64,000 bases of DNA from the human T2T-CHM13v2.0 reference genome, Homo sapiens, in the NCBI RefSeq assembly GCF_009914755.1, contig NC_060934.1; one strand, written 5' to 3'. A program made the position numbers and the translations under genes. The notes below the pieces were generated by a model. That model saw nothing but the letters and a program-made list of their open reading frames with translations. It did not search any database and was not told the origin of the DNA. How positions within the stretch are numbered: position 1 is the first letter of the stretch; each line of letters starts with the position of its first letter. Positions 47,425 through 61,519 of the stretch are shown here, piece by piece.

Positions 47425-47600
47425 TACTCTTTCACCTTTCAAGCTTCCAATTTGTCTTCTTTCCTCAAAATATCACCATTATGCATAGTAACTAGATTAA
47501 ATCATACCATCTACTAAGAAGATCTGTGTCCTACCTGAGGACCTAGAAAATCAGATTATCAGCATGGGGTTGTACTAGGGAATTTTTCCATCTTCTACAT

Positions 47601-47914
47601 TTCTTTCTTTCTTTCTGCTTTTTTTTTTTTTTTAGTCAGAGTTTTGCTCTTGTTGGCCAGGCTGGAGGGCAGTGGTGAGATCTCTGCTCACCGCAACCTC
47701 TGCCTCCTAGGATCAAGCGATTCTCCTGCCTCAGTCTCTTGAGTGGCTGGGATTACAGTCGCCTGCCACCACACCCGGCTAATTTTGTATTTTTAGTAGA
47801 GATGAGGCTTCTCCATGTTGGTCAGGCTGGTGTTGAATTCCCAACCTCAAGTGATCCGCCTGCCTCGGCCTCCCAAAGTGCTGGGATTACAGGTGTGAGC
47901 CACTGTGCCCAGCC
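47601..47914 (-). mobile_element. AluSp-like
   Basis: 'gttttgctcttgtt' and 'ttctccatgttggtcaggctgg' diagnostics. Confidence 0.95.
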
Positions 47915-47994
47915 TCTGTATATATTAATACCTTGCTGGTGACATTGGTTTTTCTTCACTTGCTGTTTCTGTATATAGTACTGCCCTTGCTTAC

Positions 47995-48495
47995 TGTATC
48001 AGTGAAGATTAGTCAGAAAAGCAGAGCCAGTACAAACATTGTGAGAACTAGGGGCTTACTAAAGAAATTAGACCTTGCACATACCTGGGGAGAGCTGGAT
48101 AAGTGAAGATATGGAAGATAAAACAGAGTATCAGAGAATGTCTTTGTTCACAATGGCCTGAAGCCTGGTATAAATGCACAGGTTGGTGTTTGCAGAAAAA
48201 CATTAGAACTTGTGTATGCCTTACACTGACATAGAAATGCAAATAAGGGATTCTCTGAAACAACCTACAGTCATGTACTTGGTTGGCCTAGGAACCAGTG
48301 TTGATCACAGGAGCCAACACAAAGATAAGCTACAACCTAGAGCCCACTAGACACTGCTGGGTACCTGCCTTACCACTGAAGTCTTTGGATAGTTATGATG
48401 GCTGCTTCTTACCTGCCTTCCAAATCTAATGAAAGTTCTCCATTTTGGGAAATGTAGTTCCTAGCCTTGCCAGTGTGACATAACCAAATCCAGTT
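47995..48495 (-). mobile_element. Old ERVL-type LTR (LTR33/LTR50-like)
   Basis: 'tgtatcagtgaagattagtcagaaaagcagagcc...attagaccttgcac...ggaaatgtagttc'. Confidence 0.4.
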
Positions 48496-49600
48496 CCTGA
48501 TTTTTGTCTCATGCCTGTATTTCTTAATTTATTTAAAGAGAGATAAACTGATTCTCCCAAGCTGTTCCCAATGCCTGGCAGAGAGATGGCACTCAGGAAA
48601 TACCTGCTAGATGGCAAGTCGGGATCAACTATCTGGACATCACACTGAGGTATCAGTGGACCAATATCCTACCAGAATATAAATCAAACACCAGTCTGGG
48701 AGTTGCCTCAATCTTCTATCATCATTTAACTCCCTGATTTACAATGAAAAAGAGATGGCTACTTACAATATATTGTCTGAGATAAAAATGCTATCATTTT
48801 AAAATAGGAATGAATGTAAATAAAGACAATGCTTTCTATATAATCAAGAAAATAAAAGCAGACTTTCATTTTACATGAGTGTTTGCCAAGGCTGAAGTTG
48901 TTGTATATTTATTTGGACACGGCTTCACCTAGAAAGGCAGGAAGAAACAAAAGCACTGATAATGTGACCCAGAAACCAAGACCTTTATATCTTTCAATGT
49001 TTCTGTATTTCTAGAGATGACACAGAGTGAGAGAGGAAATAAAATAAAGGGGAAAAATTCAGCCTAGAAAGACACAGAAGTTAATGAGTAGTTATTTCAT
49101 TCAACCCACAAAAAAAATGAGAACAGAAGGAAAAAGTTTTAAAGCCCCAAATGAACTGGCAGTTAGTCCAAGATCTGCCTCCCTGAGCCTCCATTATTAA
49201 TTAAAAGCCCAAAGTTAGATCAAATATTTTATAATCCCTTCTAGCTCTATCTCATGCCATATGACTTTGACTCCAATATTTAATCAAATAAAAATTCAGT
49301 AGCAATGGTTTATGAGTTTTCCAAGGCCAATTTTAATTGTCCTCTAATTATAAAATCATGGGCTCAGAGTGTTCCAAAGTCATACTAAAGTCTACCGTGT
49401 AGTACTAAATTGAGGTATATGACTTTCTAAGAAGAAAGGAAGGAAGGAAAGACAAAAAAGGTGGATTAAGAAAAAGAAGTACAGGAAAGAAACAGGTAGG
49501 GAACCGGGGAAAGAAAAGGAAGGGGAAAATTGGCCATTACTAGAAGTCACCATGGAATGGATTTTTACAAAAATTATTATGCTCAATTATCCTTGCCATC

Positions 49601-49985
49601 TGATATAACTTGGCTCTGTGTCCCCATACAAATCTCATCTTGAATTGTAATCCCCACGTGTTGGAGGAGGGGCCCGGTGAGAGGTGACTGAATCACTGGG
49701 GCGGACTGCCCCCTTGCTGTTCTCTTAATAGTGAGTTCTCACAAGATCTGGTTGTTTAAAAGTGTGTAGTACCTTCCCTTTTGCTTTCTCTCTCTCTCTC
49801 CTGCTCTGCCATGGTAAGACAAGCTTGCTTCCCCTTCAACTTCCATCATAATTGTAATTTTTCTCAGGCTTCTCAGTCATGATTCCTGTTAGCTGGCAGA
49901 ACTGTGAGTCAGTTAAACCTCTTTTGTTCATAAATTATCCAGTCTCAGGTAGTTATTTATAGCGGTGTGAGAATGGACTAGTATA
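49601..49985 (+). mobile_element. MSTA-like MaLR solo LTR
   Basis: 'ggctctgtgtcccc..caaatctcatcttgaattgtaatcccc...gaactgtgagtcagttaaacctc...gagaatggacta'. Confidence 0.9.
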
Positions 49986-51027
49986 CCCAAGACTGTATAT
50001 CTGCATGGGGAGAAGGAAATTGCAGGAAGAAACACACTGTACATACACACACACACCCCATTTTGAAAACAATACTGGTGCTGTTATGATTTTGAAAATG
50101 GGAGAAAGGATTTCATTCTAATTGGTGAGTCTGATTAGATTCAAAGAAAATATAATGTTTGCTTTGGACAAACATCAGGGACAAAGAATATATTGGATGG
50201 ATTCAAAATTGATTAAAACTCATAAATATGGCAACCTTGAAAGCTATTTCTAAGGTTTGCTTCAAGATTTTTTTTTACTTGACCATGGCTGATACAACAT
50301 TTAATATTATCATGTCAGAAAATTAACAGAAAAAGCTTTTTATTACATTGAGTTGCAATTTTACGTTTTTTTCTTTTTGTTTTATTTTTATTTATTTATT
50401 TTTTGAGTTGCAATCTTAAAACCAAATTAAGTGATCATCATGTTAGGGGGAAAATAATCAAGATTCAAAACAAAAAAATATTTGAAATGACAATTTAGCA
50501 ATATGTACCCAAAATAAAGTACTGTAAAAATATGCATACCATATAATTCAGTGACTCAAAATTTCAGTATTTTATCCTAAGAAAATTAGGCAAGAGACAA
50601 TGATATAACACTAAAATTTCTCATTATGACTTTACTTAAAATAGTAAATAATACAACCTGCACACCCAAGAGTACAAAATTAGTTTTGATGTCAAATATT
50701 TTTAAAATAAAATGATTTTTGAACCATAAAATGACTATGATATTTGACAAGTGGGGGTTACAAGAAAGCTACAATCAGCATTACAGCATAATGACATTTT
50801 CTATTTAAACTTCCTTGATTGATTAAATAGGCACAATCACAAAGGTAGCGGCTCATGATCTCATGGACTTTTACAAGTTGAACCTGTTTAATTTAGCTGT
50901 GGGAATTATCACTGTATTCAATGTGGGCAAGGTGTTCTGTTGGCTAAAATTCATAAGATTTATGCAGCAGCATGTGCAACAAGAGAAGCAGGAAACACAG
51001 CTAGAACTATAAATCAAGAGCAAAAAA

Positions 51028-51459
<432 letters not shown>

Positions 51460-52987
51460 TTAAGACATTTTAAAATCACGAGTGGAAAGTGTGGAGGGAC
51501 ATTCATTTGAAGCACAAAGCAAAAATACATTAAATACAGATAAAAGAGATGATTTGTGGGTTTTAAATTTGCATGCCATTTTGTGATTTAGAATGTATTG
51601 CATGGAATTTTATCTCACATTCATCTGGTGGGTTATGTGGAGCACACATCATCCGACCCACATTAAAATGGGAAAATGCCACTTGCTGTGTTATTCCACA
51701 ACAACAAAAACAATAGCAATCTCTCACAGCACAAATCTGAGCTGTCCTGGAAAGGCTTTATGGAGGTCATGCAGTTTGGAGAGTCCAGATAGGCTGAGCC
51801 ATACAGCAACACTGTAAATTCCGTGAGGGTCAACTGCCTTGTATAGTACTGAATCATCAACATTAAAGCAATAACTACCAAATGAAGGAATAAAAGAAAA
51901 AAAATACATGAATGAAATGTAGCTGATTATAAATATCTTCCAAGTATTGACTCCTTCAGACCAGAGACCACCATGGAGTCTCTGACCAAGAGGCCAAGGA
52001 GCAGCAAACAGCCCCCTGGAGAGCTTGCTTGAATCTCTGCTGTGTGGTCTCCCCCAGCTGTGGTGAGAAGAGATAAATAGGCAAATATTTTTAAATAGGC
52101 AAATGTTTATCTAACACGCAGTGAGGAGCAGGCGCTGGCCTGGATGCTTGATTTTCCTGGCCTGGCTCAGGCTCTCTCATGATTCCCCAAGAACACAGCA
52201 AGGGCCCTTGTTGCCCTTGATGTCCTGCTGTCCACTCAGTCTTCCAGCCAGGAGGGTCCAGTGAATAGGACCACTCAGTCAGAACCTGGGGTCACCAAGA
52301 CATCAGGCTCCCTTGTACTTATGAGTGGAAACATCAACTTTCCCTTTCTCTCCATCTGCACACCAGGCTTGAAATAGGGTCAATCTCTGGCAGGAAGCAG
52401 AGATGGAATCTTAGTTGTTTCCTCACTGTAGCCAGAATAAGAATCAAAGAAAAATGAAGAGTTGGAAGCAATTTCAGTTGCTTCCAGTGTCAACTGCTTT
52501 CAATTTCAGTTGCTTCCAGTTTCAATTTCTTACAGTTTCAAACTTCTTCAGAAAGAGAGACTTGGAGGTGTAAATGGCTTGCCTAAGGCCAGAAGCTAGT
52601 AAACAGCAGCCTCTTCCCACTCTCCTACCAATATAATCACTTTCTCTCCACCTCTGAAGATCACCCTGATGGAGCAGAAGGTCATGGAGGAATTGACCCT
52701 TTCAAAGGCAGCCACGTGCCTCTCCAGGACCAAAGGACTCTTCACTTAAAATGAAAATGTGCATTAGGGGAGCAGAAGTAGCTTCCAGGCCTGCCCTCCA
52801 ATACATAATAAACCCCTGGCTGCTCCCTAACAGCTGGAAAAACATGAAACATGAAGAAAACGTGATTTTTAAGAAGCTTCTCTGTCAACTGTTATTTTAA
52901 CATTTATTTCTAAATGCAGTTTAACCACTCTGTGCTAACAGCTGCAATCAAATCGTGTAAAATGCTTGCTCCTGTCAACGGGAAATA

Positions 52988-53310
52988 CAGTCGGGCCTCT
53001 GCACTCACAAGTTCCGCATCCTCAGATTCAATAAATCTCAAACAGAAAAACATTCAGGAAAAAGAAACAGAAAAAAACAGGAGTAAAAGATAATACAAAT
53101 AAAAATACAGTATAACAGCTATTTACATTGCATTTATGTTGTATTCTCGGTACTATAAGTAGCCTAGAGATGCCATAAAGTACAGGGGAGCATGTGCCTA
53201 GGTTATATACAAGCACTACACCATTTTATATCAGGCACTTCAACATCTTTGAATTTTGCTATTCATGGCAGTTCTGGAACAAATTCCTTGTGAATACCAA
53301 GAAAAAACTG
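52988..53310 (-). mobile_element. MER2, full length
   Basis: CAG...CTG termini flanked by TA duplications; reverse of the 28242 copy. Confidence 0.88.
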
Positions 53311-53635
53311 TATTGTAGTTTGAAGGGAGAAGTCAGTAGTGGGTGTTTCAGGGGACTTAAAAGTCAATTCTCAAAAGTGAGCTACAGGAAAGTTTATACA
53401 CTTACTGTAAGTTGATGTTGCATCTACAGCTAAACCGGGAATATCAGGGACAAGAAGAAAAGTGAGGAAGAGAACAGTAGGAACAAAAGAAACAGAAGAA
53501 GGAAAATGTGCTTCAGATTTAAAGATGATGAGCAGCTGTTCCCATTAAATGCAAAGCTGTATGCTTTAATTCAAAAGTCTGATGATAAGATATGACCTCC
53601 TTAGGATTGTATGCAGTTTTAAAAATTTCTCCCCA

Positions 53636-53971
<336 letters not shown>

Positions 53972-54151
53972 TTACATAATTCTCACCACAACCCAGAGAA
54001 ATAAAATAGCTTTCATAATTTTCCTTCGAAAAGATAGTTCTCAGAAATATACAATATGACTTGCCCAAAGTCGCTCCTCCAAGAGATAGTGCGAAAGCTG
54101 GGATTCTCACCTAGATCTCTTGCCTCTCTGATCTATGCTCTTTCATCAGAG

Positions 54152-54357
54152 CAGGGTTAGGCAAACTACTGCCCTGGGCCAAATCTGGCCCACAGCCTCC
54201 ATTTGTAACATTTTATTGGAACACAGCCAGTCTACAGCTGCTTCAGAGCTACAACAGCAGAGTTGAGTAAGTAATTACTACAGAGATCATTTCATGGTTC
54301 ACATAACCTGGAATATTTACTAACTGACCTCTTACAGAAAAAGTGTATTGATTGCTG
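54152..54357 (+). mobile_element. MER58A hAT MITE
   Basis: 'cagggttaggcaaactac...gggccaaatctggccc...ttttattggaacacagcca...ttacagaaaaag'. Confidence 0.85.
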
Positions 54358-55029
54358 CTGTGCACCCACCCACCAACTTCAGGGTCACTATAAAACCTTT
54401 AAACCAGAGGTCCACCTCTGATAATGGCTCAAGGGGTGGTTTGAGGCAGAATAACTGGCTCCGTTACATCAATTTTAAAATCCATGATGACCCCACACAT
54501 CCTCTCTGGAGTGACTCATTTGTCATCAAGTTTCTTCAGTTCAGCTCACGAATTGAGCCAAGCACTCACTATATCTAAGGGATGGTTTGTACCACTTGCA
54601 TTTTATTTCTTCAATAAAGAATCATAGCTCTATAACTATGCCTTTCATTTAGCCATATAGATGGCTTATGATTTCACAGATCTGAATCTAGCACCGCTGA
54701 CCTGGTGCATCCACTTTCTAGCCTGGGGTGTTAGTTTAGGCCACCCTCCCCCGATCCTCCCCATGACCCAGCTGTTGGTCTCTCACTAGGGACAATTTCA
54801 TTGTGTCCTCCTTGCAGGCTGTAAGACCTTATCACCCAGCTGCATAAGAGGATGCAGCGTGTGATTTTTCCACAGGTTCACAGAGTTCAGCAGTGGGGTC
54901 CTCAGATGGGCTTCCTCATTGAGAGGCCAGAGAAAAGGAGGAGGGAATTAAGGGAAGACAGAAAAGGAGGTAGAAAGCAGAAGAGTAAAAACAGAGAGAA
55001 GAGGGATTTTTCCCTGAATTATATTCCAA

Positions 55030-55175
55030 CTGTTATGTTTTCATCTGTTTGTCTACCAGACTGCTATCTCCATGAAAGAGAAGACCATGTATGTGCTTTG
55101 TTCACTGACTTTCTGCCCTGGAACAGTGCCTGACACATAACAGGCACTCAATGAATACAAGCTGAAAAATGAATA
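55030..55175 (+). mobile_element. L2 3' end
   Basis: 'ttgttcactg...gaacagtgcctgacacataacaggcactcaatgaat'. Confidence 0.75.
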
Positions 55176-56179
55176 CAGTTAGCAGAATCAGTCTTTCCTA
55201 TGGACTGAGAAGGGTAAATTTAGCCTCAAATACATTTTTGCCAGCAATTACAACCATTGCATCTGTCAGTGTTGAATTTTCTTAAAAATCACAGGATGGA
55301 ATTTTAAACCAGTCTCAGCAGAAGGGAGATCCAAGGCTCAGGAGGGAAGAAACACTCAAAAAGAAAAACAAACAAACAAAACCCTCAAAACAAAAAACAC
55401 CATGCCAGCACTATCTTTATGCAATAGCAATACGTTTCTTTTCAAACAAATTCTTGTCTACAAGGACTAGCCTCTCATAGAAGCCAAAATCCAAGTTTAA
55501 ATATAATTCCCTTAAAGTTCCCTTCCTTGTATTTCTTTCAGAATATTTTTTAAGCACAGGCACAGATTTTGAACAATAAGGGCACATCCGGTCACCACTG
55601 CATGCAATGTCAAGTTTTGCAAAGCTGAATGGTTTAACTCAGTAATTTCTCTTACCTTGTATCCCGTAGCCCAGTGAAAGATTTAAGATTTATTTGTCCT
55701 CTATTTTGTTTCCTCAGGACCTTCTATGAGATGTTTCAGCAGAAAAGCAGGCAACCAAACATCGAAATCATGAAGCAGAAAAGCTAGTTATCACTCACTC
55801 ATGTCAGATGGCCAGTTTCACTAATGGGGGCTTTTGGGTGCCAGGTGGCTTGATAATTAGATTAAATGAGCATGAATCATCAGAAAGTACCAGAATGCCA
55901 AAAATTAACCTGCAGATTAGCCCTGAGCTGCCACACCTGCTCAGGGTTGTTATCTGCCTTTTCTGGGGTAAAATCTAAGCTTGTATCATTTACCGTGGCT
56001 TCTAAATACGAAGCCAGCTTCTATCCAAGGCAAATTCTATACATGAGAAAAGATAACTAAACTAGGTTAAACTTAACCTAACCTAAATATCCATTTGTGA
56101 AAATAGAAACAGGTTGTAGAGTAAATTATGGTACATCCAAAAGTAATTTTTTTTAAAAAAAAGAGGCATCCACATCGAT

Positions 56180-56345
56180 AGCACCAAGCCCAGCTGCCCT
56201 GCAGATCCCTCTGGGTACTTTCAACCTAATTGAACCCCAGCCTAATTGAATCAGAATCTCTACAGGTGTGGGTGTGGACGTGTGCATTGTTTTCAAAGAT
56301 CCTCAAATGAATATAATGCACATCACAGGTTGACAAACAACTCTA
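56180..56345. mobile_element. MER5-like fragment
   Basis: 'tgaatcagaatctct...tgcattgttttcaaagatcctc...aggttgacaaac'. Confidence 0.5.
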
Positions 56346-58065
56346 TCCTCTACATACTAACTTAAAAACAATACATGACTGATTAATGAATAAAAAACAC
56401 AAGTTTAGAAACAATAGGAACAGTTTGATTTCATCAACTGATGAAATCCAACCAATTTAATTGTGGGTGTATATTTTTGAATAAACAAAGAAAAAAACTA
56501 AAATATATCAAAATGTCAAGTTTTAATAAAGATGTTTTCTTGAGTGAATTAGTGCCTATTATACTACTTTGTAATAATTTATATATGATAATAATTTCTT
56601 TTTGAAGAAAATTGTGTAAATATTATAAAAAGCACATCAAACCTTAACACTGGATACATTTTACATTTTACTTTTTTGAGGCTTCTCTAAATATTGCTGT
56701 TAACATTATCTCCCACAGTTATACGGAGGTAACAAAAGGAAGGAAAACATAGAGAAGGTGTCTCAGGGAACATTTCCTTAGGGACAGTCCCTCTTATGGT
56801 CCAGGAAAAAGCCCCTAGCTTCAGACTTCCACTTGTCTTTTTTGAAATTCAGCTTCAAATTTTTTTATGCTATCATCACTAAAGATTTGTAGATAGAATT
56901 CCATAACCCAGGTACTGAGAGGAAGAGAGGGAGAGCTGGCCCAGGAAAAGACAACTGAAACAGTATCTCAAGAATCTGTTAAGCTACTTAGAAGAAGGAA
57001 TGATGGGATGTGATAATAAATAAGAAAGTATGCAAATAAAATAAGCATCAGTTCTTTCTAGCTCCTTAGATTATTTTGACACATTCTAAAGGTAACATAA
57101 TCACAGGTTATGATTATCTCTAGGGTCCTTTCCCAAACTGTTATTTGATATGCATTTTTCAAGGCAAAAACATGGATTCTGTAATAATCATTTGTTAGAT
57201 TCACATAACGGTCCACTGAGCATAGCCACTCCCTTCCATACTTCACATTTCAGCTAAAAAAAAATTCTCTTTAGAAAGCAGTTTCTTAGCCAACCAACCT
57301 AATGTATCCCTTTCTGTCACTTTATGACATCATCCTACTTTATTATCTTTATATGATTTAGCATCATAAAAAATGATCAGTTTCATGTATTTTATGTTTA
57401 TCTCCTGTCAGTCTAACTAACCTCTTATATTAAACAATGTTATTATTTGTTGAATAAAAGAATGAGTGAATGGGTCAAGTACCTCTCATATATTGATTAA
57501 TAATTGCAATGCCCTATGGCTCAGAGAAGCGAACTGACTTGCCCAGGACTACTGACTAATTTAATCGCCATATGAATAATGAGATTCAAATTATTCTCTT
57601 TGGCCCAAAGCTCATGCTCTTTCCACTACACCACACTTAATCTAAAGATTGACATCTGTATATGTGCCTCACCCATCTCTATCTACTGGCTAAGCCAACA
57701 TGAACAACGGAGACAGTTGTTACACTGTGTGTTGTGTTCCTACCACACTTGTGTCTCCTCACCTATGTCACCATACAAGTGTCTCCTCTTTCAGACACTG
57801 TTCCCATAAAATATTTGTATCAGACCAGGAATCTTATTTGTTTCCGCTACCACTACCAACACAGTGCTTGGCATGCTGGCTGTGCTCAAAACGTGATGAA
57901 TGAACTCAGTTGCAGTTATGGTCATGGTCAACATGGCATAGACTTTACCACATGTGGGATGTTTTATGCACAGCATCTTCCTAGATTCCTGCAATATCCT
58001 TGGACCGATAAAGAAACAGAGACTCAGAAAGCCCTTCTGGGTGGTAGATTGTAAGCTGGAACTCA

Positions 58066-59080
58066 TGTTGTTCTTTGTCTTTAATAAATCAATTTAATTA
58101 TATTACAAATGTATGTTATAATCTCACTGCAGAGAGTTGAGGAGAAACAGCTGATCTAAGTAACTCTGGGAAACACTGTTTTGGATTGGATACTCTAAGT
58201 CTAAATACAAAACTATCTGTATGAAAACACTACACCCTAGTTGGCAATTTTGTTTATCCTAGGGGTATGGGTTAGCAGTGCTAAAACTAATTCATGTATA
58301 TTTTAGGAAACAATAAGTAAATACATAGTATATAACAGGAGCCAGTTTTTCACTGTTGGAAGAAAGAAGTTACAAATAAGCAAGAATGAAAGGTTAGAAT
58401 ACACGCTGTGTGCAAAAGTAGATTCAGTGACATCTCTCAAAAAAGGAAAGCACCACTCCCTGGTACTTTGGTGTGGGTTGTGCACAGTGATTTCTTTACA
58501 AACAATACAATTTGGAAAGGGGGAAAGAGTAAATTTCCAGTAGAGAAACCTAACACACTACCTTAGCTAGGTGCTCAAGATTAATATTGACAGCAATGAT
58601 TCATGTAAATAGTACATACCCATATCAGGTGATGAAAATAACGCTTTGTGGCCTTCTCCTCAACACACCTAAATAATCATGGGAAAAAAATCAGATAAAT
58701 CCTAATTCAGGGACATTTTATAAAATACCTAATCAGTACTCCAAAATTCCAAAGACCTCAAAAGTAATGAAAACCAGAGAAAACTGTCACAGTCAAAAGG
58801 AATGTAAAAGAAGACACACCAACTAAATGCAGCAACGTATCCTGGATGGAATCCCGGAACAGAAGATGCATTGGGTAAATACTGAGGAAATCCGAATAAA
58901 GTACAAACTTTAGTTAATAGTAACTTAACATCATTTCATTAATTGTGACAAGTACAACATCCTAATGTAAAATGTTAGTAATAGGAGCAGCTGGGTGTAG
59001 GATATATAGGAACCCCAGCTCTAAATCTTCCCAATTTTTCTATAAATCTAAAATTACTCTAAAATAAACATTATTTTTAA
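58066..59080 (+). mobile_element. L1MC3-like 3' UTR
   Basis: 'aggggtatgggttagca...gaaagaagttacaaataag...tcctggatggaatccc...aaatctaaaattactctaaaataaa'. Confidence 0.75.
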
Positions 59081-59089
59081 AATATCATA

Positions 59090-59932
59090 ACCCCACTCTA
59101 CTCCTGGGAAAACATCAAATGCCAGTTGAGGGACATTCTACAAAAGAGTGGACCAATATTCTTCAAAAATTGTCAATATCACGAAAAACAAGAAAAGATT
59201 AAAAAACTGTTTCAGATTGAAGGAGATTGGGGAGTCATAACATCTAAATGCAGCATGAGATCTTGGATCGAATCCTAGAATAGAAAGAAGACATTAATGA
59301 AAAAAGCTATAAAAAATAAGATTTGTAGCCTAGTTACTACTATTTCATGATGAAAGTTGCCAGGACCAACAAGAAGTCACGTGTGTGAAAACCTTGACAA
59401 ATGGAGCTGAGGAAGGGCATAAATGGAGAGTTCTCATGCATGTATGCCTGAAAACAGGAGCTATCACTAAAGGCTGCAAAAACCACAACTTTGCACAAAG
59501 CCAACCTAACACAGAAAATAATTCTGCAAGGATATCTGCCCAACAACTGCCGAGCTAATCTCGGACTGGTGCCACCCTTGTTATTGATTTTTGTACCTCA
59601 GAATAATTCTCTCAAAATAACTTATGTAATCCTCCTCATTTTACCGGAAATATTCCTCCTTGCCTCAACCTCCTTGAATATACACATTGTCTACTATGGT
59701 AACATTGCATATTCCAACTGCCATGTTACCCCCAAGCAAATATCACTTTGTTTTAGAGTCTGTCTGTTATTTAGTTTGACAGTATCAATGTTACCCTCTT
59801 CTTTTTGATAAATGTACTATGGTTTTATAAGTTATTAACATTTGGGAAATCTGGGTCATTGGATATAGAAACTCTCCTCACCATCTTTGCAACTCTTCTG
59901 TAAAACTAAAATTATTTCAAAATCAAAAATTA
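59090..59932 (+). mobile_element. Second L1MC-type 3' end, split by LTR37
   Basis: 'ttgagggacattctacaaaa...tcttggatcgaatcctagaa' resumes at 59782 with 'gtatcaatgtt...tttgcaactcttctgtaa'. Confidence 0.7.
59348..59781 (+). mobile_element. LTR37A-like ERV1 solo LTR
   Basis: 'tgaaagttg...ctgcaaaaaccacaac..tgcacaaag...ccacccttgttattgat...ttatttagtttgaca'. Confidence 0.82.
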
Positions 59933-61519
59933 ATAACACATAAAAATGTTGGCCTACAGAACATTCCCATATTATTTTTTTTTAACCTAGACCTTGGAAT
60001 AAATTCTATTCTTTCATATTAAACATCACATAGTAGGTTCCAGTTTTGCTTCATGTAAATATTTTGAATACATTTTCCACCCAAAGTAAAGAGAGGCACA
60101 TGCTTCTCCAAGAAAACCATTAATCTTGTATTTGTGTGGCTTATGTTCACGTGAACCACATCCCTGGTTTTCTATTACTTTTGGTTGTTGCTGGAGATAT
60201 TTGGCCAGTATCTCCTTTTCAGGAAAGACAGAATCATTGTCTTCATTTTTCAGCTAGAGAAATAATATAGTAATTAAGCTAACACAAAAAGGAAAAACAG
60301 TATTTTGCATATTAATTTAGAGGAAGAAAATAAATTCTTACTTCTCAACAACTATGTACACCCTGAAAAAGCCACCTCTTCGTATGTTTGGAGTGGTTTC
60401 AGAGAAAAGAGATTTCACTATTAAACATGCCTTGGTTCCTCAAATGTTTAACAAATACTGTCCCCTACCATTTGTTCTTTGTCTCAGAAATCTCATCCTA
60501 TCATTCTCTTCAGATGTTCTAACCCCGCTCCCTCGCCCCCACTCCCGCCAAGAAAACAAACGAACAAACAAACAAAAACCACTGTGATTTAGAGGATTTA
60601 GAGCACTTTAGGTAAAAGCCTGGCAGTCTTTCCTGCCATTTCTTAACTGGAGCTATGGATTTGCCAAAGATGTGCTCTCTTCTCCTCAGTCTTTCCAAGA
60701 TCTTTCTTTCAAGATATGAACAAACACAGAAGCCAAAGGAGCAAGGGTATTTCCCAACTTAGATAGCATTAAAAAGAAAAATTAATTCAAGTCCAAAGTT
60801 CTTTCATTCCTGGCTCTGAAGTATTACCTGTTCCACAAATATAAATTTTCTGCTTAAATGCAGAACTTCAATTAATTACCTAAAGCTGTAGGAAAGTTAT
60901 TAAATTAATATAAGAAGATTCAAGTTCAAATTGGAGGATTAATTTTCAGGGTTATGATAGGAAAGATATGGTGATTGAGTTAAGAAGTGAAGACAAAAGT
61001 CTCTCAAACCTGAATGGGAAGAATTTCTGATTCAATTATTTGATTAAACTACTGCTGGGAAGGATATAAAATCAAAACCTCTGACATGAAGGCTGAATTG
61101 CAGGGCAACTCCTGCAAATCATCTCATTCTAAATGCTATTATCAAGGTTTTCCTTAATACAATATACATCTATGTATCAAGGAAATAAATGAGCTGTTAT
61201 TTTGAAACGTATTCAACTCTTAATAAAAAGCTAAAGATGAGTCCAACTAACTCAAGTAGCACTTTTTCTGTAAAGGTGTCTGGCAATTGCATTACAACTA
61301 AAATCACAGGGGAAGATATCAGACTGGATGATCTGGGCAGTTTTGAGCGGGTAGACTGAGATTAAATTTGTCTGTGCCTTCGAAGTTTCCTGAACACGGC
61401 TTTTGAATGAAATGGAAATAGTTTCATCCTCAGCTAATATTAAGTCCAAGGAATAGGTGAAGGATTTCCTTCACAGCTGCTCTTAAATCCAGAAGCTCCC
61501 ATCCAGCCCCATCTTCCCT

